Assembly: GCA_963847445.1 (NCBI GenBank)
Contig: CAWJZV010000042.1
Location: 1 to 64,000, forward strand
Source: an uncultured delta proteobacterium
GTDB taxonomy: Bacteria > Desulfobacterota > Binatia > UBA9968
Direction: 5' to 3'
Length of the DNA stretch: 64,000 bases
The notes under the pieces: model-generated
What the model was told of the DNA's origin: nothing
Databases searched by the model: none
Seen by the model: only the letters and a program-made list of their open reading frames with translations
Translations under genes and position numbers: made by a program
Shown here: one piece after another, positions 10,269-22,164 of the stretch
How positions within the stretch are numbered: position 1 is the stretch's first letter
Layout of the letters: each line of letters starts with the position of its first letter

Positions 10269-11535
10269 GTGCCGGCACAGTCCCATGCCGCGCCTTTTCA
10301 AGCGCTGCTAAATTCTCGTGCCTTGGCGGCGTTGCGGCACCGCGAGTTCCGCCTGCTTTGGTACGGTCATGTCTTCACCTCGATGGCGACCTGGATGGAC
10401 TCCATCGCGCGCGGCTGGCTGATGTACGAGCTGACCCATTCGTCGTTTCAATTGGGTTTGGTGCGCGGCGTGCAGGCGATTCCGACCCTATTGCTGTCGC
10501 CCATCGCCGGCAGCGCCGCCGATCTTTACTCGCGCAAAACCCAGATCGTTATCGCCCAGATCATCGACGGCATCTTGTACGCTTGGGTGGCGACAATGAT
10601 TTTCACCGGCCATATTCAGCCGTGGATTATTTACCTTACTTCCATCGGTTTGGCGACCGTGCAGACCTTTCAGCAGCCGTCGCGAGCTTCGATGGTGTCG
10701 GACTCGGTGCCGCCGATCTATTTGACCAATGCGCTGGGACTCAACGCCGTGGTCTTCAACTCGGCGCGCAGTGCCGGGCCGGCGCTGGCCGGGATACTGA
10801 TCGCGACGTTCGGCACGGCGGCGTCCTATTCCGTTCAAGCGATTTTTTATCTACTGGCGACGGTCTGGACTTTTATGTTAGGCGCGGAGACGCCGGGCGG
10901 CGCCGAGTGCGAATGGCCATTCCGCCCATGGCGAATCCTTCGGCCATAACATTGTCGAGGGTTGGAAGTTCAGCTGGCGCAACGACGAAGTTCGGATCAG
11001 CCTGTTGATCGTGTCGATCTCGATGTTCTTGCTGATTCCGTTCACGACGCTGTTGCCGGTTTACGCCCGCGATATTCTGCATGTCGGCGCGTCGGGCCAA
11101 GGCGTGCTACTTACCTCGATGGGCATCGGCGCGCTGTTCAGCTCGGTTTTAGTGGCATCGCTGGGGGACCGCATGCCGCGCGGCTTGTTCATGCTCGGCG
11201 GCGTGGCGCTGTACGGCATTTTCGTCGTGATCTTTTCGGCGTCGACCTGGTATCCGCTGTCGATTGTGACTATGTTCTTCATTGGCCTTTGCCATGTCAC
11301 GTCTCACGCGCTGATCCAGACTGTGATTCAATCCTACTCGCCGCCGGAGTTTCGCGGCCGGACCATGGCGATTTTTCACATGACCCAGGTGATTCTCGTC
11401 ATCGGCGCCATGTTCATCGGCGGCTTGGCTGCGTTGATCGGCGCGCGCTGGGCGGCGACTTCGATGAGTCTCACCGGCACGGTGTTAATGGTGGCGATCT
11501 ATGCGCTGTTGCCCAAGGCGCGGCGGATTCAGTAG
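10269..11535 (+). CDS. MFS transporter, EntS/MFS_3-like (frameshift ~10890-10920)
   Basis: ALRHREFRLLW, QLGLVRGVQAIP, FQQPSRAS, FNSARSAGPALAG, PPEFRGRTMA. Confidence 0.85.
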
Positions 11536-11593
11536 TTAGAAGTCAGTTGCAGCTTTGCATGATTCTCCGGAGGGAGCTTTCGACGAATTTACC

Positions 11594-12830
11594 ATGTGGT
11601 TTAACTGGCTTGTCCAATTCAAAATCTTCGAAGCGCTGCGCCATCCGCAGTACCGTTTGTTGTGGATCAGCCATGTGTTCTCGGCGATGGGCACTTGGAT
11701 GGATCAGGTGTCGCGCGGCTGGCTGATCTACGAGCTGACCAATTCTTCGTTTCAGTTGGGGTTGGTGCGCGGCGTGCAAGCGCTGCCCATCTTGCTGCTA
11801 TCGCCGATTGCCGGCAGCACCGCCGACCGCTACTCGCGCAAGTCGCAGGTGATGGTGGCGTTGGTGGTGGACGCGTTTCTCTATGGCTTGTTGGCGCTGC
11901 TGATCTTTTCCGGCTCGGTGCGACCCTGGCATGTCTATGCGAGCGCGGTCTGCATGGCCTCGTGTAGACGTTTCAGCAGCCGTCGCGGGCGGCGATGGTT
12001 TCCGACTCCGTGCCGCCGGAATCCCTGACCAATGCTATCGGTCTCAACGCGATGATGTTCAACGTCGCGCGCATTACCGGTCCGGCGGTGGCGGGTAATC
12101 ATCGCCGGCTGGAGCAGCGGCGGCGCCTATACGGTACAGGCGCTGTTTTATATTTTGGCGGCGATCTGGAACGTCAAGTTGCGCGACGATGGCAATGGGT
12201 TGTCCAGCACCCATGGCCACCATGACGAGGGTTTTATTCAAAGCATCGTCGAAGGCTGGAAGTTCAGCTGGCAAAACGTCGAGGTTCGCACCGGATTGCT
12301 GGTGGTGATCTGGGCGTCCTTGTTTATCATTCCGTTCAATACGCTGTTGCCGGTGTTCGCGCGCGACGTGCTTGGCGTCGGCGCCAAAGGGCAAGGACTG
12401 CTGCTGACCTCCATGGGCGTCGGCGCGCTCGCCAGCTCGGTGCTGATCGCCGCTCTGGGCGACCGCATGCCGCGCGGCTGGCTGATGATCGGCGGTGTCG
12501 GCGTGTACGGGCTGTTGGTCGCGGTCTTCGCCATGTCGACCTGGTTTTCGTTGTCGATGGTGCTGATGGCGGTTATGGGTCTGTGTCATGTGGCATCCCA
12601 CGCGTTGGTGCAGACGGTCATTCAAGCCTATTCGCCGCGGGAGATTCGCGGCCGCACCATGGCGCTGTTTCACCAGACCCATGTGATTCTTGATGGTCGG
12701 CGGCTTGATCATCGGCGCCTTCGCGTCGGCGATTGGCGCCCAATGGGCCAGCGCGTTCATGAGCATCGCCGGCACGCTGTCCATGCTCGCGCTCTACTTG
12801 TTCAGCCCGAAGGCACGGCGCATTCGTTAG
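11594..12830 (+). CDS. MFS transporter paralog 2 (several frameshifts)
   Basis: Same motifs spread over ORFs 11555-12028, 11995-12225 and 12155-13042; ends ARRIR*. Confidence 0.82.
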
Positions 12831-13092
12831 CCTACCGGCTACCTCATTGCAGCCGAATTTCTAAAGTTGCAGCTGGGGCACAACCGCCGCGCCCTCATGG
12901 CTGCGCTGTTTGGCCGCGAAATGTGGCTTCACGGCTTTTCTCCGCGGTCAAAATGGCGCTGCCGTGCCGTCAACTTTTCGACGGTGGCGAAACTCCGGCG
13001 CTGGTGAACTTTATTGCCGAGATCGTATTACCGCGTGGTTAAAGTTATCGCCGTGCGCACCGATTGAGTTTGTCAGAGCGGGGAAGATAAAA

Positions 13093-13689
13093 ATGGAAAT
13101 GCAAAACAGTATAGTCAAGACACGGGTGAGCCAGGGTGATGTCGACGGCGGCACGGAGTTCGATTACTCACGGATTCTCCGCGTGGTTGGCCAGGAGCTC
13201 GAAGCCAAGGGGATCTCCACGTGTTGCTTGTGGATGGAAAAGAACCGCGTCGACGTCATCGGCCTGTGCACTAGCAGCGCCAACGGTGTTGTTGAGGCGG
13301 GGTTCTGGCAGCGTCTAAAGTCGAAGAACGGCGCTGCGGGCTATACAACCATAAAGTTGGGCTATTCCATCGCGGGGTTGATGCGGCTCGACGAGCTCAA
13401 CCGAGCGCAGCGTACCCTCGCCACGCCGCGAGCCGATTTCCTCAAGCTCTCCGAGCAACTGCGCACCGTCGGCGCCATCGTCGACCGGCGCGGCGGACGA
13501 TTGATCCGGCTCGACCGGACGGCTTACGAGGGCATGATTTCGTCTTTCACCGTGCAGTACAAAATGGCCACCGGCGAGTTGGTAACGGAAGAATTCAGCG
13601 CCCCGAGTCTTTACGATTTTTCAGTGCAGATCTTCATGATGGAAAAGCGCCGGTCGGGCAACAGTCCAGCGGTGTCGCAGGCCGCTTAG
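13093..13689 (+). CDS. Hypothetical protein with internal two-fold repeat
   Basis: SRILRVVGQELE and SEQLRTVGAIVD repeat units; start at MEMQ chosen within ORF 12910-13689. Confidence 0.7.
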   Translation: MEMQNSIVKTRVSQGDVDGGTEFDYSRILRVVGQELEAKGISTCCLWMEKNRVDVIGLCTSSANGVVEAGFWQRLKSKNGAAGYTTIKLGYSIAGLMRLDELNRAQRTLATPRADFLKLSEQLRTVGAIVDRRGGRLIRLDRTAYEGMISSFTVQYKMATGELVTEEFSAPSLYDFSVQIFMMEKRRSGNSPAVSQAA

Positions 13690-13779
13690 AGCGTTAGGCT
13701 TGCGGGTTCGCTAGCATACGCGCCATGCCAAGTTTCTCCAGTGTAGCGTCTCACACTGTTAGTCGATTATCCTGAGTAA

Positions 13780-13998
13780 CTCACCACGAAGGTCACGAAG
13801 GGCACGAAGGGTTCGGATAACCAAATCTCCGAACTTCGTACTACTATCCGTGATAGTTTGCGCGGCTTGCGCAAATTTCTCGATGCGCCAAATCTGAGAG
13901 GGCGGGTTTCAAACCCGCCCCTACGACTCCCGATATTTTTTGCGCCCTTTGCGTTCTTTTTGCGGCCATTCTTCTTTTTGGTTCGGCTGTGCCGGGAT
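13780..13998 (-). repeat. Nested intergenic repeat element (9-mer CACGAAG arm, right end, REP palindrome, left end)
   Basis: CACCACGAAGGTCACGAAGGGCACGAAG; TACTACTATCCGTGATAGTTTGCGCGGCTTGCGCAAATTT; GGGCGGGTTTCAAACCCGCCC. Confidence 0.78.
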
Positions 13999-14069
13999 CC
14001 TCAGCTCTTTCAATTCTCACTCGCCGCTGGACGCGCTCGATTTCGCTCGTGCTATAGGCAAAAGATCAT

Positions 14070-15426
14070 GTGTTTCCTTCAGTCATTCGGGAGTCGGTCC
14101 TGAGCTCCGTTCCGGGCGATAAGGAAAGCCAACGCGATTCACTCGATGCCGAGGCCACGGGTTCCGCGGCGCAACCCAAACGGGACCCGTTGGCTTGGTT
14201 ATACCGACATCGCGCCGCCCAAGTTCTGTGCTACCGTGATTTCCGCTTGCTCTGGTTCGGCCATGTGTTCGGCTCCATGTCGTTTTGGATGGATCAGGTG
14301 ACGCGCGGCTGGCTGATCTATGAACTGACCGATTCCACCGTGCAATTGGGCATGATTCGCGGCGTCCAGGCGATCCCGATTCTCTTTCTTTCGCCCATCG
14401 CCGGCAGCGTCGCCGACCGTTACTCGCGCAAGAAGCAAATTCTCGTCACTCAGATCGCCGATGGCGCATGCTGGCGGTGTTGGCGCGTTGATCTTTTACC
14501 GGCGCGGTTGCGCCCTGGCATGTCTATGTCAGCGCCTTCGGCATGGCGGTGGTGCAAACCTTTCATCAGCCGGCGCGGGCGGCGATCATGACCGACACGG
14601 TGCCGGCGAGCCATCTGACCAACGCCATCGGCCTCAACTCGATGATCTTCAATGTCGCGCGCAGCTTGGGGCCGGCCTTGGCCGGCGTGTTGATCTCGTG
14701 GAGCGGCACGGGCGGCGCCTACACCGTGCAGGCGATCTTTTATTTGCTCGCGACCTTTTGGACCTTGCGCTTGAGCGACTTCGAGCCCGGGCCGTCCCGC
14801 GGCAGCCATGGGGCGCAGCGGTTTTCGTTGCGCGGCAGCATCGTCGAAGGTTGGAAGTTCAGCTGGCAAAACGAAAACGTCCGCACGGCGCTGTTGATCG
14901 CCATGCTGGCGGCGCTGTTCATCGTGCCGTTTACGACGCTCTTGCCGGTGTTTGCCCGGGATATTCTTCAGGTCGGCGCCTCCGGCCAGGGCTTGTTGCT
15001 GACGGCTATGGGCGTCGGCGCGCTCGGGCAGCGCGGTGATGATCACCGGCTTCGGCGATCGCATGCCGCGCGGCAAGATCATGTTAGGCGGCGTGGCGGT
15101 CTATGGCCTTGGCGTCGCGGCCTTCGCGTTTTCGCCGTGGTTTCAGCTGTCGATGTTCTTGATGATCATTATCGGTTTTGCCAACGTCTGTACCCATGCG
15201 CTGGTGCAGACGGTGATTCAAACCTATTCGCCGCCGGAGTTTCGCGGCCGCACCATCGCGCTGTTTCACATGAGCCAGGTGGTCATGACCGTGGGCAGCA
15301 TGATTCATCGGCTCGCTGGCCGCGCTTTCCGGCACCCAGTGGGCGGTGGTGCTGATGGGCAGCGCGGGCGCGTTGGCGATGCTGGGTATTCAACTCCTGT
15401 TGCCGCGGGCCTGGCATATTCGCTAA
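14070..15426 (+). CDS. MFS transporter paralog 3 (several frameshifts)
   Basis: YRDFRLLW, QLGMIRGVQAIP, FHQPARAA, FNVARSLGPALAG, PPEFRGRTIA. Confidence 0.82.
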
Positions 15427-15448
15427 TCGGCAAATCGAGGATCGAGAT

Positions 15449-16455
15449 ATGGAAGATCGAGGATCGAACGATTCTGATTCGCTCCAGACGCGGAAGCGCC
15501 ATTGGAGCCCGAGCTGCCGATCTGTGACGCGCACCACCATCTCTGGGAGCGGCCGCCGCATGATTATTTGCTTGACGATTTGCTCATTGATCTGCGCAGC
15601 GGCCACAACCTGCGTTTCGACCGTCGCCATCGAGTGCCGCTACGGATATCGAGAAGATGGCGCCGAGGAATTGAAGCCCGTCGGTGAAGTTGAATTTCTC
15701 GAAGGCGTCTCCAGCCAGGTCGCCGCGAATCCGGCAATCACTACGCGCATCGCGGCAGCCATTGTCGGCCACGCAAACCTCACGCTTGGCGACGCGGTGG
15801 CGCCGGTGCTCGAAGCCCATTTGGCGGCGAGCCCGCAGCGCTTCCGCGGCATTCGCCACTCGACGACTTGGGACGCCAGCGACGCGCTGCGCAGCGAGGC
15901 GGCGCGAGGATTGCTCGCCGACGATGGTTTCCGCCGCGGCTTCGCCTGGCTGGAAAAACTTGGCTTGAGTTTCGATGCTTGGGTCTATCATCCGCAGTTG
16001 CCGGAAGTCGGCGCAGCTGGCGCAAGCGTTTTCCCGGCGTGACGATTATCCTCAATCACATCGGCGCGCCGCTGGGCGTCGGTCCCTACGCCGGCAAGCG
16101 CGACGACGTGTTTTCGCAGTGGAGCAAAGGGATCGCCATGATCGCCGCTTGTCCCAATGTCGCAGTTAAACTGGGCGGCGTCGGTTCGCTCAGGTCGGGC
16201 TACGATTGGCATGAGCGCGCGGTAAAGCCGTCGTCGCAAGAGTTGGCGCAAGTCTTAAAACCTTATTTCGACCACTGCATCGAGCGATTCGGCGTTGAGC
16301 GCTGCATGTTCGAGAGCAACTTTCCGGTGGAGAAGTCATCCAACGGTTACGTCAATCTTTGGAACGCTTTCAAGAAAATCACCCAGCACTACTCCATCAG
16401 CGAACGCGCCGCGTTGTTTCACGACACGGCGGCGCGGCTTTATCGCATCGGTTGA
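15449..16455 (+). CDS. Amidohydrolase family (Amidohydro_2) protein, frameshifted
   Basis: PICDAHHHLW, RFRGIRH, LSFDAWVYHPQL, IILNHIG, CMFESNFPVE. Confidence 0.85.
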
Positions 16456-16524
16456 GCTCAGGAGTGTCTTTATCTGGTGCATCAGGTTTCAGCGTCGGTT
16501 GTAAGCTATCATCTTGATTTCGTT

Positions 16525-16930
16525 CACCACGAAAATCCCAGCGCGGCATAGCCGCAAGCGAAACTCGGATAGTTTCCCGCGAAGACGCGAAGGTCGCAAA
16601 GGTGACGGGCTATGCCGTCATCCCGAACGGACGCGAGGGATCTAAGATAGATTTCTCCCTGCGGCCGGAATGACAACGACTCCGAACTTGGCGTGCATTG
16701 CGCCTTGGCGGGAATCAATTCCCAGTCCGAATATTCCAGATCAACGGAAAATTTGCTCGCGCTGCGCAAATTTCCCCGGGCAGAGTTCCTAAGTTGCTGT
16801 GCTCAATGAGAAAATACGACTTCACCAGAAGGCTCAGTGAACGGCGCGCAGCGGTCGGAAATCCGGTTCTACTTTGGACGGCTGACCTCGCGCTCTCGGG
16901 TCCTTCGTGGTGAACGCTTCTTCGCAGTTA
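16525..16930. repeat. Nested intergenic repeat element
   Basis: Left end CCCAGCGCGGCATAGCCGCAAGCGAAA (16537-16563), hairpin module 16575-16720, partial right end AAATTTGCTCGCGCTGCGCAAATTT. Confidence 0.78.
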
Positions 16931-16945
16931 ATTTGGCAGAGCCGC

Positions 16946-18041
16946 TTATTGAAGCGCGGGCAGGATTTCATTACCCCACAGGTCGATCGCTTCGGGAACA
17001 TCCGGGCCGAGCGGCACGCCGATGGCGATCTCGCTGAAGCCGTGGCGCGCTGCCAGGGAAAATAGTTCGCGAACTCGATCAATGCACTCGTCCGGCGTGC
17101 CGGCGATGATCAGACGATCGACCGCTTCGTCGGGCGTGAGCGCCGCGGCGTCGTCGACGCCGCGATTTTCCGCGTAGGCCTGGCGCACCGCCTGAATCGC
17201 CTTGGGATCGATGCCTTTCGCCGCCAGCGCGTCATCGGGCCATCCGGACACGATATGGGAGACGAAGCGTTTGGCATGTTGGCGGGCGGCTTGGCGGTCG
17301 CGCGATACCGAAGCGTTGAGCAGCATGGTTTTGCGCAGCGGCTCAGCGGCGCCGGATTGTAGCGCGCGCGTCGTTGAGCCGCGATAGCGAAGCTTCCATG
17401 TCGGCGATGCCGTAGAGCGTTTGCAAAATCACGCCGTCGAAGTGGCGCGCCACCAAATCGAGCACGGCAGGCTTGAGCAGGCTCGGACCGTAGTAGAGAT
17501 GGATCGGCGCCGGAGTTTTGAAACGCAGCGCGTAGTGTTCCGAGTTCAAATGAAAATAGTCGGCCAAGGTCGGAATGTCCCTGCGGTTAAGCGTGTCGCC
17601 GGCAAACAAGGTGCGCAGCGCGACCGCCAGTTCGGCCATGATCGTCAGCGGTTTGGTGCGGACGACATGACGCGTCAGGATTGAGCGCGAACCCGGACCC
17701 AGGCCGAGGGAAATTTCCTTGCCGTTGGCTAGCTCGGACATGGTGGCAAACGCCATCGCCACATCGATTGGGTTGCGAAAGTAGGGCACGGTCACGGCGG
17801 TGCCGAGCTTCACCGGTAAGCTTGCCAGGATGGCCGCGGAGCTGGCGAGGACGCTGCGATATTCCAAATTGTCGTTGGTCCAGACTCGGGTGAAGCCGAA
17901 TGGCCCCATGATTTTCAGCGCGCGCTCCGCCAGGCCGATGAGTTCCGGCAGGGTGTAGCGGTTGAGCACGTGGAGCGGATAATGAATGCCGATCTCGCCG
18001 GTGAAAGTACGGGTGGGTTGGCCATGGAGTCGAGGTAGCAT
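16946..18041 (-). CDS. LLM class (luciferase-like, Mer-like) flavin/deazaflavin oxidoreductase, frameshift ~17345
   Basis: VWTNDNLEYRS, KLGTAVTVPYFRNP, LGLGPG, ARHFDGVIL, IAGTPDECIDRV. Confidence 0.8.
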
Positions 18042-18149
18042 GGTCGCGCCGCGCAAGTCAAAGCAATTAGCGACGCCGGCGGCTTGCACCCGGGACGGAT
18101 TTCGATTACCGGCTTGGGGCGTAATTTCAATCCAATCGAGGAGTTGCTC

Positions 18150-19148
18150 ATGAGTACAAGCCGAATTACAAGGTGGCGTGGTGAACTGTCTCGGCGCGCC
18201 GTGGCCGGAGGATCTGTCGGCGTCGTTTATCGATCAACTGCTCGGCCAAGGCGTCGCGGTGGTCGGCTGCACGGCCAATCTCACTTGGGATGACACCCTG
18301 GAGAGCATCGAGAACTTTGAAATCGTCAAGATCGATCGTGCGCGAGCATCCGCAGGCGTACGTCCTGCGCAGCGCGGCGGATCTCGATCGTCCCGGAACA
18401 TCGCGGCAAAGTCGGCGTGCTGCTCGGCCTGCAAAATCCCAAAGCGTTGAGCGACAGCTTGGGATTTGCTCGATGCGTTCTTCGATCTCGGTTTGCGCTG
18501 TTTGTCCTTGGCCTTCAGCGAAAACAGCTACTACGGCTGCGGCCATGCCAGCGAGGTCGACAGCGGCCTCACGTCGCTCGGCCGCCAGGCGGTCAAGCGC
18601 ATGAATCGGCTCGGCATCGTCATCGATCTGTCTCATTCCGGCGACCGCACGGCGCTTGGAAGCGCTTGGAACTATCCGAGCAGCCGGTGATCTTCAGCCA
18701 TTCGACCAGCCGGACGTTGTTCAACCGGCCGCGCAGCGCCCCCGATCCGCTGATCGTCGCGGCGGCCAAGAAGGGCGGAGTGATCTGCCAGGACGTGCGC
18801 GCCAACACCAGCGTCGCGGAATATGTCGACTGGGTCGACTACTGCGTCAAGCTCGTCGGTATCGATCACATCGGCGTGGCGGCGCAGGACGATTTTCACC
18901 GTTCGTACAAAGACACCAAGCGTATCGCGCCCTATCTGCCGTCCTACGCGGCGGAACTCAAAAAGCGCGATTGGAGCGACGACCGCGTGGTGCGGCGCGG
19001 CGGCATCGGCGCCAAACTGCTCGATCAAGAAAATTTGCCGGCGGAATTCAAGCGGCGCAATTATTCCGACGAAGCGGTCGGAAAGATTCTCGGCGGCAAT
19101 TTGATGCGGGTGATGCGCGCGGTGTTGCCGAAAATTGATGGTTCATAG
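18150..19148 (+). CDS. Membrane dipeptidase (peptidase M19)-like protein, several frameshifts
   Basis: GAGGAG RBS; LLGLQN, DSGLTSLGRQAVKRMNRLGIVIDLSHSG, PVIFSHS, GIDHIG, KILGGNLMRV. Confidence 0.8.
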
Positions 19149-19234
19149 GTAGTCCCACGGCTTTGGCCGAATTGTTCCCATCAATTGCGCCCGAAGGGAC
19201 TCACGGTAGCTTTGGCTCCAGACGTGGCAGGCTT

Positions 19235-19382
19235 GCGTACCCCCTCTTTGGCAAAGAGTGGCCAGGGAAGATTTTTTCTTCCATGAGGCTCCATCGTCGT
19301 AGAAAACACCGATCTGCTGCGGGAACAACCTCCCCTCACCACAACCAAATCCCCCTTTATCCCCCTTTTCCAAAGGGGATAC
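19235..19382. repeat. REP-like inverted pair
   Basis: CCCCTCTTTGGCAAAGAGTGG..GAAGATTT and AAATCCCCCTTTATCCCCCTTTTCCAAAGGGGA. Confidence 0.55.
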
Positions 19383-19418
19383 AAAATATGGCGACATTGG
19401 GTACCGTCGACCGCAAAA

Positions 19419-19820
19419 ATGGAGCGCCCAAGAATACGAGAACCAGAGGCCCTTTGTACTAGTTTTTGTTGTCACGCGTTTCCCTTTGATCTAGATTCCA
19501 CGCTCGAATATCCAGAGATTGTTTTGGTGTTTGATCGCGGAGAACCATTCTTAAATACCGTCTACAGAGGGTGGCTTAAATATAAGAAGCGTCCCGATGC
19601 CGGTTGGCCTAAACAAATCAAGGAAATGGTCCCTTTGAGTGCGAAAAATTTATGTCCGTTGCAGGCAGCGGACCTCGTTGCATGGACGATAAATAAACAC
19701 CATGGAATGGTCGAAGGATATCCCGGTGCCTTGGGAGCTATGGTAATGATATCCCACCAAACAAAGACCTTAGACTACGAGACTTTAATGAATGCGCCGG
19801 AGGAGCTTGTTTGTGCCTAG
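19419..19820 (+). pseudogene. C-terminal part of a DUF3800-like protein
   Basis: LVFDRGEPF and PLQAADLVAW motifs; N-terminal xDES motif absent; A/T-richer DNA. Confidence 0.55.
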
Positions 19821-20056
19821 TGCTTTGACTCGAACGGTTAAGTCTTTTTGCCGCGACTGCGCAGAGCATTCGTTAAACTCTTGAAGCTCTCGAAGGGGGA
19901 TTGTGATTTATTAGTCTTTTCTGGTTTCGTCATACTGTGAAAAATCGGCAGTCGAGGTTTTTAATGCGCCAGGACGCAAATCTAAACGTAGTGGAGATTT
20001 GCGTTCATGTTAACTTTTACATTTCATGCCCACGCCAGGTTTGATAATGTCGCCGC

Positions 20057-20749
20057 ATGCTTACACTGGAAGAGTTCGCGGCACTATTGAGCGCCATTGG
20101 GAGTACGTCCGTGAGCGCGCTAACTGGCGTAGTCGGGCTTGTGCTTACCGCAGTAGGGCTTTGGTGGCCCAATCTGCCACAGAGACGCATTTTTGTAGGG
20201 GTTGGGATCGTCGTGCTAATGATTAGCCCGGTATATGTTTGGCGTGATGAATATCGAGAACATAAAACGACAAAAACCAATTTGGACGCCGCGAATGGTC
20301 AGCTGATAAAAGAACGAGAAAAAATAGCGAACCGCGATGGACAGATAACATCTTTGAATACTCAGAATCAAAGACAACAAAGCACGATAAATGAGACGTT
20401 GATACAGTTAGGCAAGGCGCAGCAGCAAGAGCCGTTAAAGATCAGCAATTACCCATTAGCATCAAAAGAGACCCGTCGCCAACCAGGGAACGAGCCTCAC
20501 GATTTTCTAATTATAACAAATAAACCAGTGACGCCTGTTCGGTTAATTGCTAGTTGCGACGGCGATATAATTGATGCTAGCTGGAGAATGCTTGGAACCT
20601 TGGCTTTAACGACTGGTGGCACGGCCAAGAGCGACAAAAGACGCTACTCGATTGAAATCTCTTCGCCGCCAGTGTCGCCGACGAACCCAGTACTCGTAAC
20701 TCTCTACGCTACTCAGAAAGAAGTGAAGTGTTCTTTTTCGCAAAGCTAG
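20057..20749 (+). CDS. Hypothetical protein: N-terminal TM helices, coiled coil, beta-rich C-terminus
   Basis: Uninterrupted 230-aa ORF in A/T-richer DNA; no recognised family. Confidence 0.7.
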   Translation: MLTLEEFAALLSAIGSTSVSALTGVVGLVLTAVGLWWPNLPQRRIFVGVGIVVLMISPVYVWRDEYREHKTTKTNLDAANGQLIKEREKIANRDGQITSLNTQNQRQQSTINETLIQLGKAQQQEPLKISNYPLASKETRRQPGNEPHDFLIITNKPVTPVRLIASCDGDIIDASWRMLGTLALTTGGTAKSDKRRYSIEISSPPVSPTNPVLVTLYATQKEVKCSFSQS

Positions 20750-20779
20750 TTTATTTGCCATCGCCGTTGCCCTCTATGC

Positions 20780-20804
20780 TGGCACCCCCAAGGGGGAATC
20801 GAAC
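20780..20804 (-). other. tRNA 3'-end remnant (T-loop to CCA), tRNA-Glu-like; possible att site
   Basis: Minus strand GTTCGATTCCCCCTTGGGGGTGCCA; upstream part of a tRNA absent. Confidence 0.55.
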
Positions 20805-20881
20805 ATCGCGGGGCGATGGCTGCTTGAGCTCCATGTTCTCTGTGACGTATGACGCATGCTAGGGTTCCCAAGATATCCGAC

Positions 20882-22164
20882 TCATTCTCTCCGCAGATTC
20901 GCCCAGGGTTTGATCAATAACGCCGTCATGGCGGAAGAGAGCAGCAACGATCCGGCCATCGCCCAGAACACCAAGGCATAGCTCTGCGTGCGGTCGTAGA
21001 CGTAGCCGGCGAGGACCGGGCCGAGCACGGCGCCCCAGGTGTAGAAAAGATTCATGTTGCCGCGGATGGCGCCGAAGGATTTCCGGCCGAAGAAGTCGCC
21101 CACCGAAGCCCAAAAAACCGGGATCGAAGCGTCGAGCACCGAGTAGAGCGCGGTGAAAAACCACAGCGCCCAGAGCGAGTCGCTCCACAGCATCGGCAAG
21201 ACCGCGACGAATCCCAAGAGCAAACAAATAGTCACCAGCTTCGGCTTGTTGACGAAGTCGGCGATCCAGCCGAGCAGGAAATGAATCGGCAGGTTGACGA
21301 TGCGCGAAGCCGGCCAGCAGCACCGACGCTTCGGTCTGACTCATGCCCTTCCACACCATCATCGGAATGAAATGGGTCGTGACGGTGGTGAACGCGACCG
21401 AGCGCGCGGTCATGGAGAGGATCAGATTCCAGAAGATCGGCGAGCGAAAGGCTTGGCGCGCGCTGACCTCCGGTTCGTTGCCAGCGCTGTTTGTGGGCTG
21501 TGCCGCGTGCTTATCGCTCTGAGAGTTTTCCAGCGGTCCGCCGTCGGGGGCCATGCCGATACTTTCCGGCGAGCGGCGAATCGCCAGCGATAACGGAATC
21601 CCACCGGCGATGAACAAGCACGCCGGCAACCAGCGCGGCCCAGCGCCAGCCGAGATTTTGCACGGCGATGGCGAGCAGCGGCGTGATCAGCGCGCCGCCG
21701 ACCGGCACCGCCGCGCTGACCACGGTCATGGCGCGGGCGCGCAGCTTGATGAACCAACTGTTGGCAACCACCGTCGGCGCGTGGACAAAGCCGGCGTTAA
21801 ACGCCAGCGAGATGACGCCAAGATAAACGATCAAGAAAGTCGTGTAGCTGTGCACGAAGGCGAAGAGAATATAGCCGATGCCGGCGAACAGCGCGGCGGC
21901 GAGCATGAGCGGCTTCGGACCATAACGGTCGAGCAGGTAGCCGACGATGGGCGCGGTCAGCGAGCCTTCGGCGCGTGCCAGAGAGAACGCCAGCGATGTC
22001 GATGCGCGGGTCAGGCCGAGGTCTTGGGTGACCGGCAGGAAGAAAACCGTGAAGCCATATTGATGCAGCCCGCCGCCGAGTATGCGCAGCGCCGAGACCA
22101 CGCCGATCATGCGCCAGCCGTAGTAGAGACCGGAGATGCGTTTACTGATGTCGGAGATGCTCAC
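20882..22164 (-). CDS. MFS transporter (OFA/MCT-like), two frameshifts
   Basis: LYYGWRMI, GYLLDRYGPK, NSWFIKLRARA, GDFFGRKSFGAIRG; start uncertain (22164-22227). Confidence 0.85.

Noticed and set aside
13714-13731. Sigma-54 promoter TGGCATGGCGCGTATGCT on the minus strand
   Set aside because: GG-to-GC spacing is 12 rather than 10, and it points antisense into a gene
10269-15426. Programmed frameshifting in the MFS paralogs
   Set aside because: No slippery heptamers, the shifts are not at a site shared by all three paralogs, and the same pattern affects unrelated genes
19974-20004. Hairpin as an attC site
   Set aside because: Too short and lacks properly paired RYYYAAC/GTTRRRY ends
20780-20860. 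Complete tRNA gene
   Set aside because: Only T-loop to CCA is present; upstream sequence cannot form the T-stem, anticodon arm or acceptor stem
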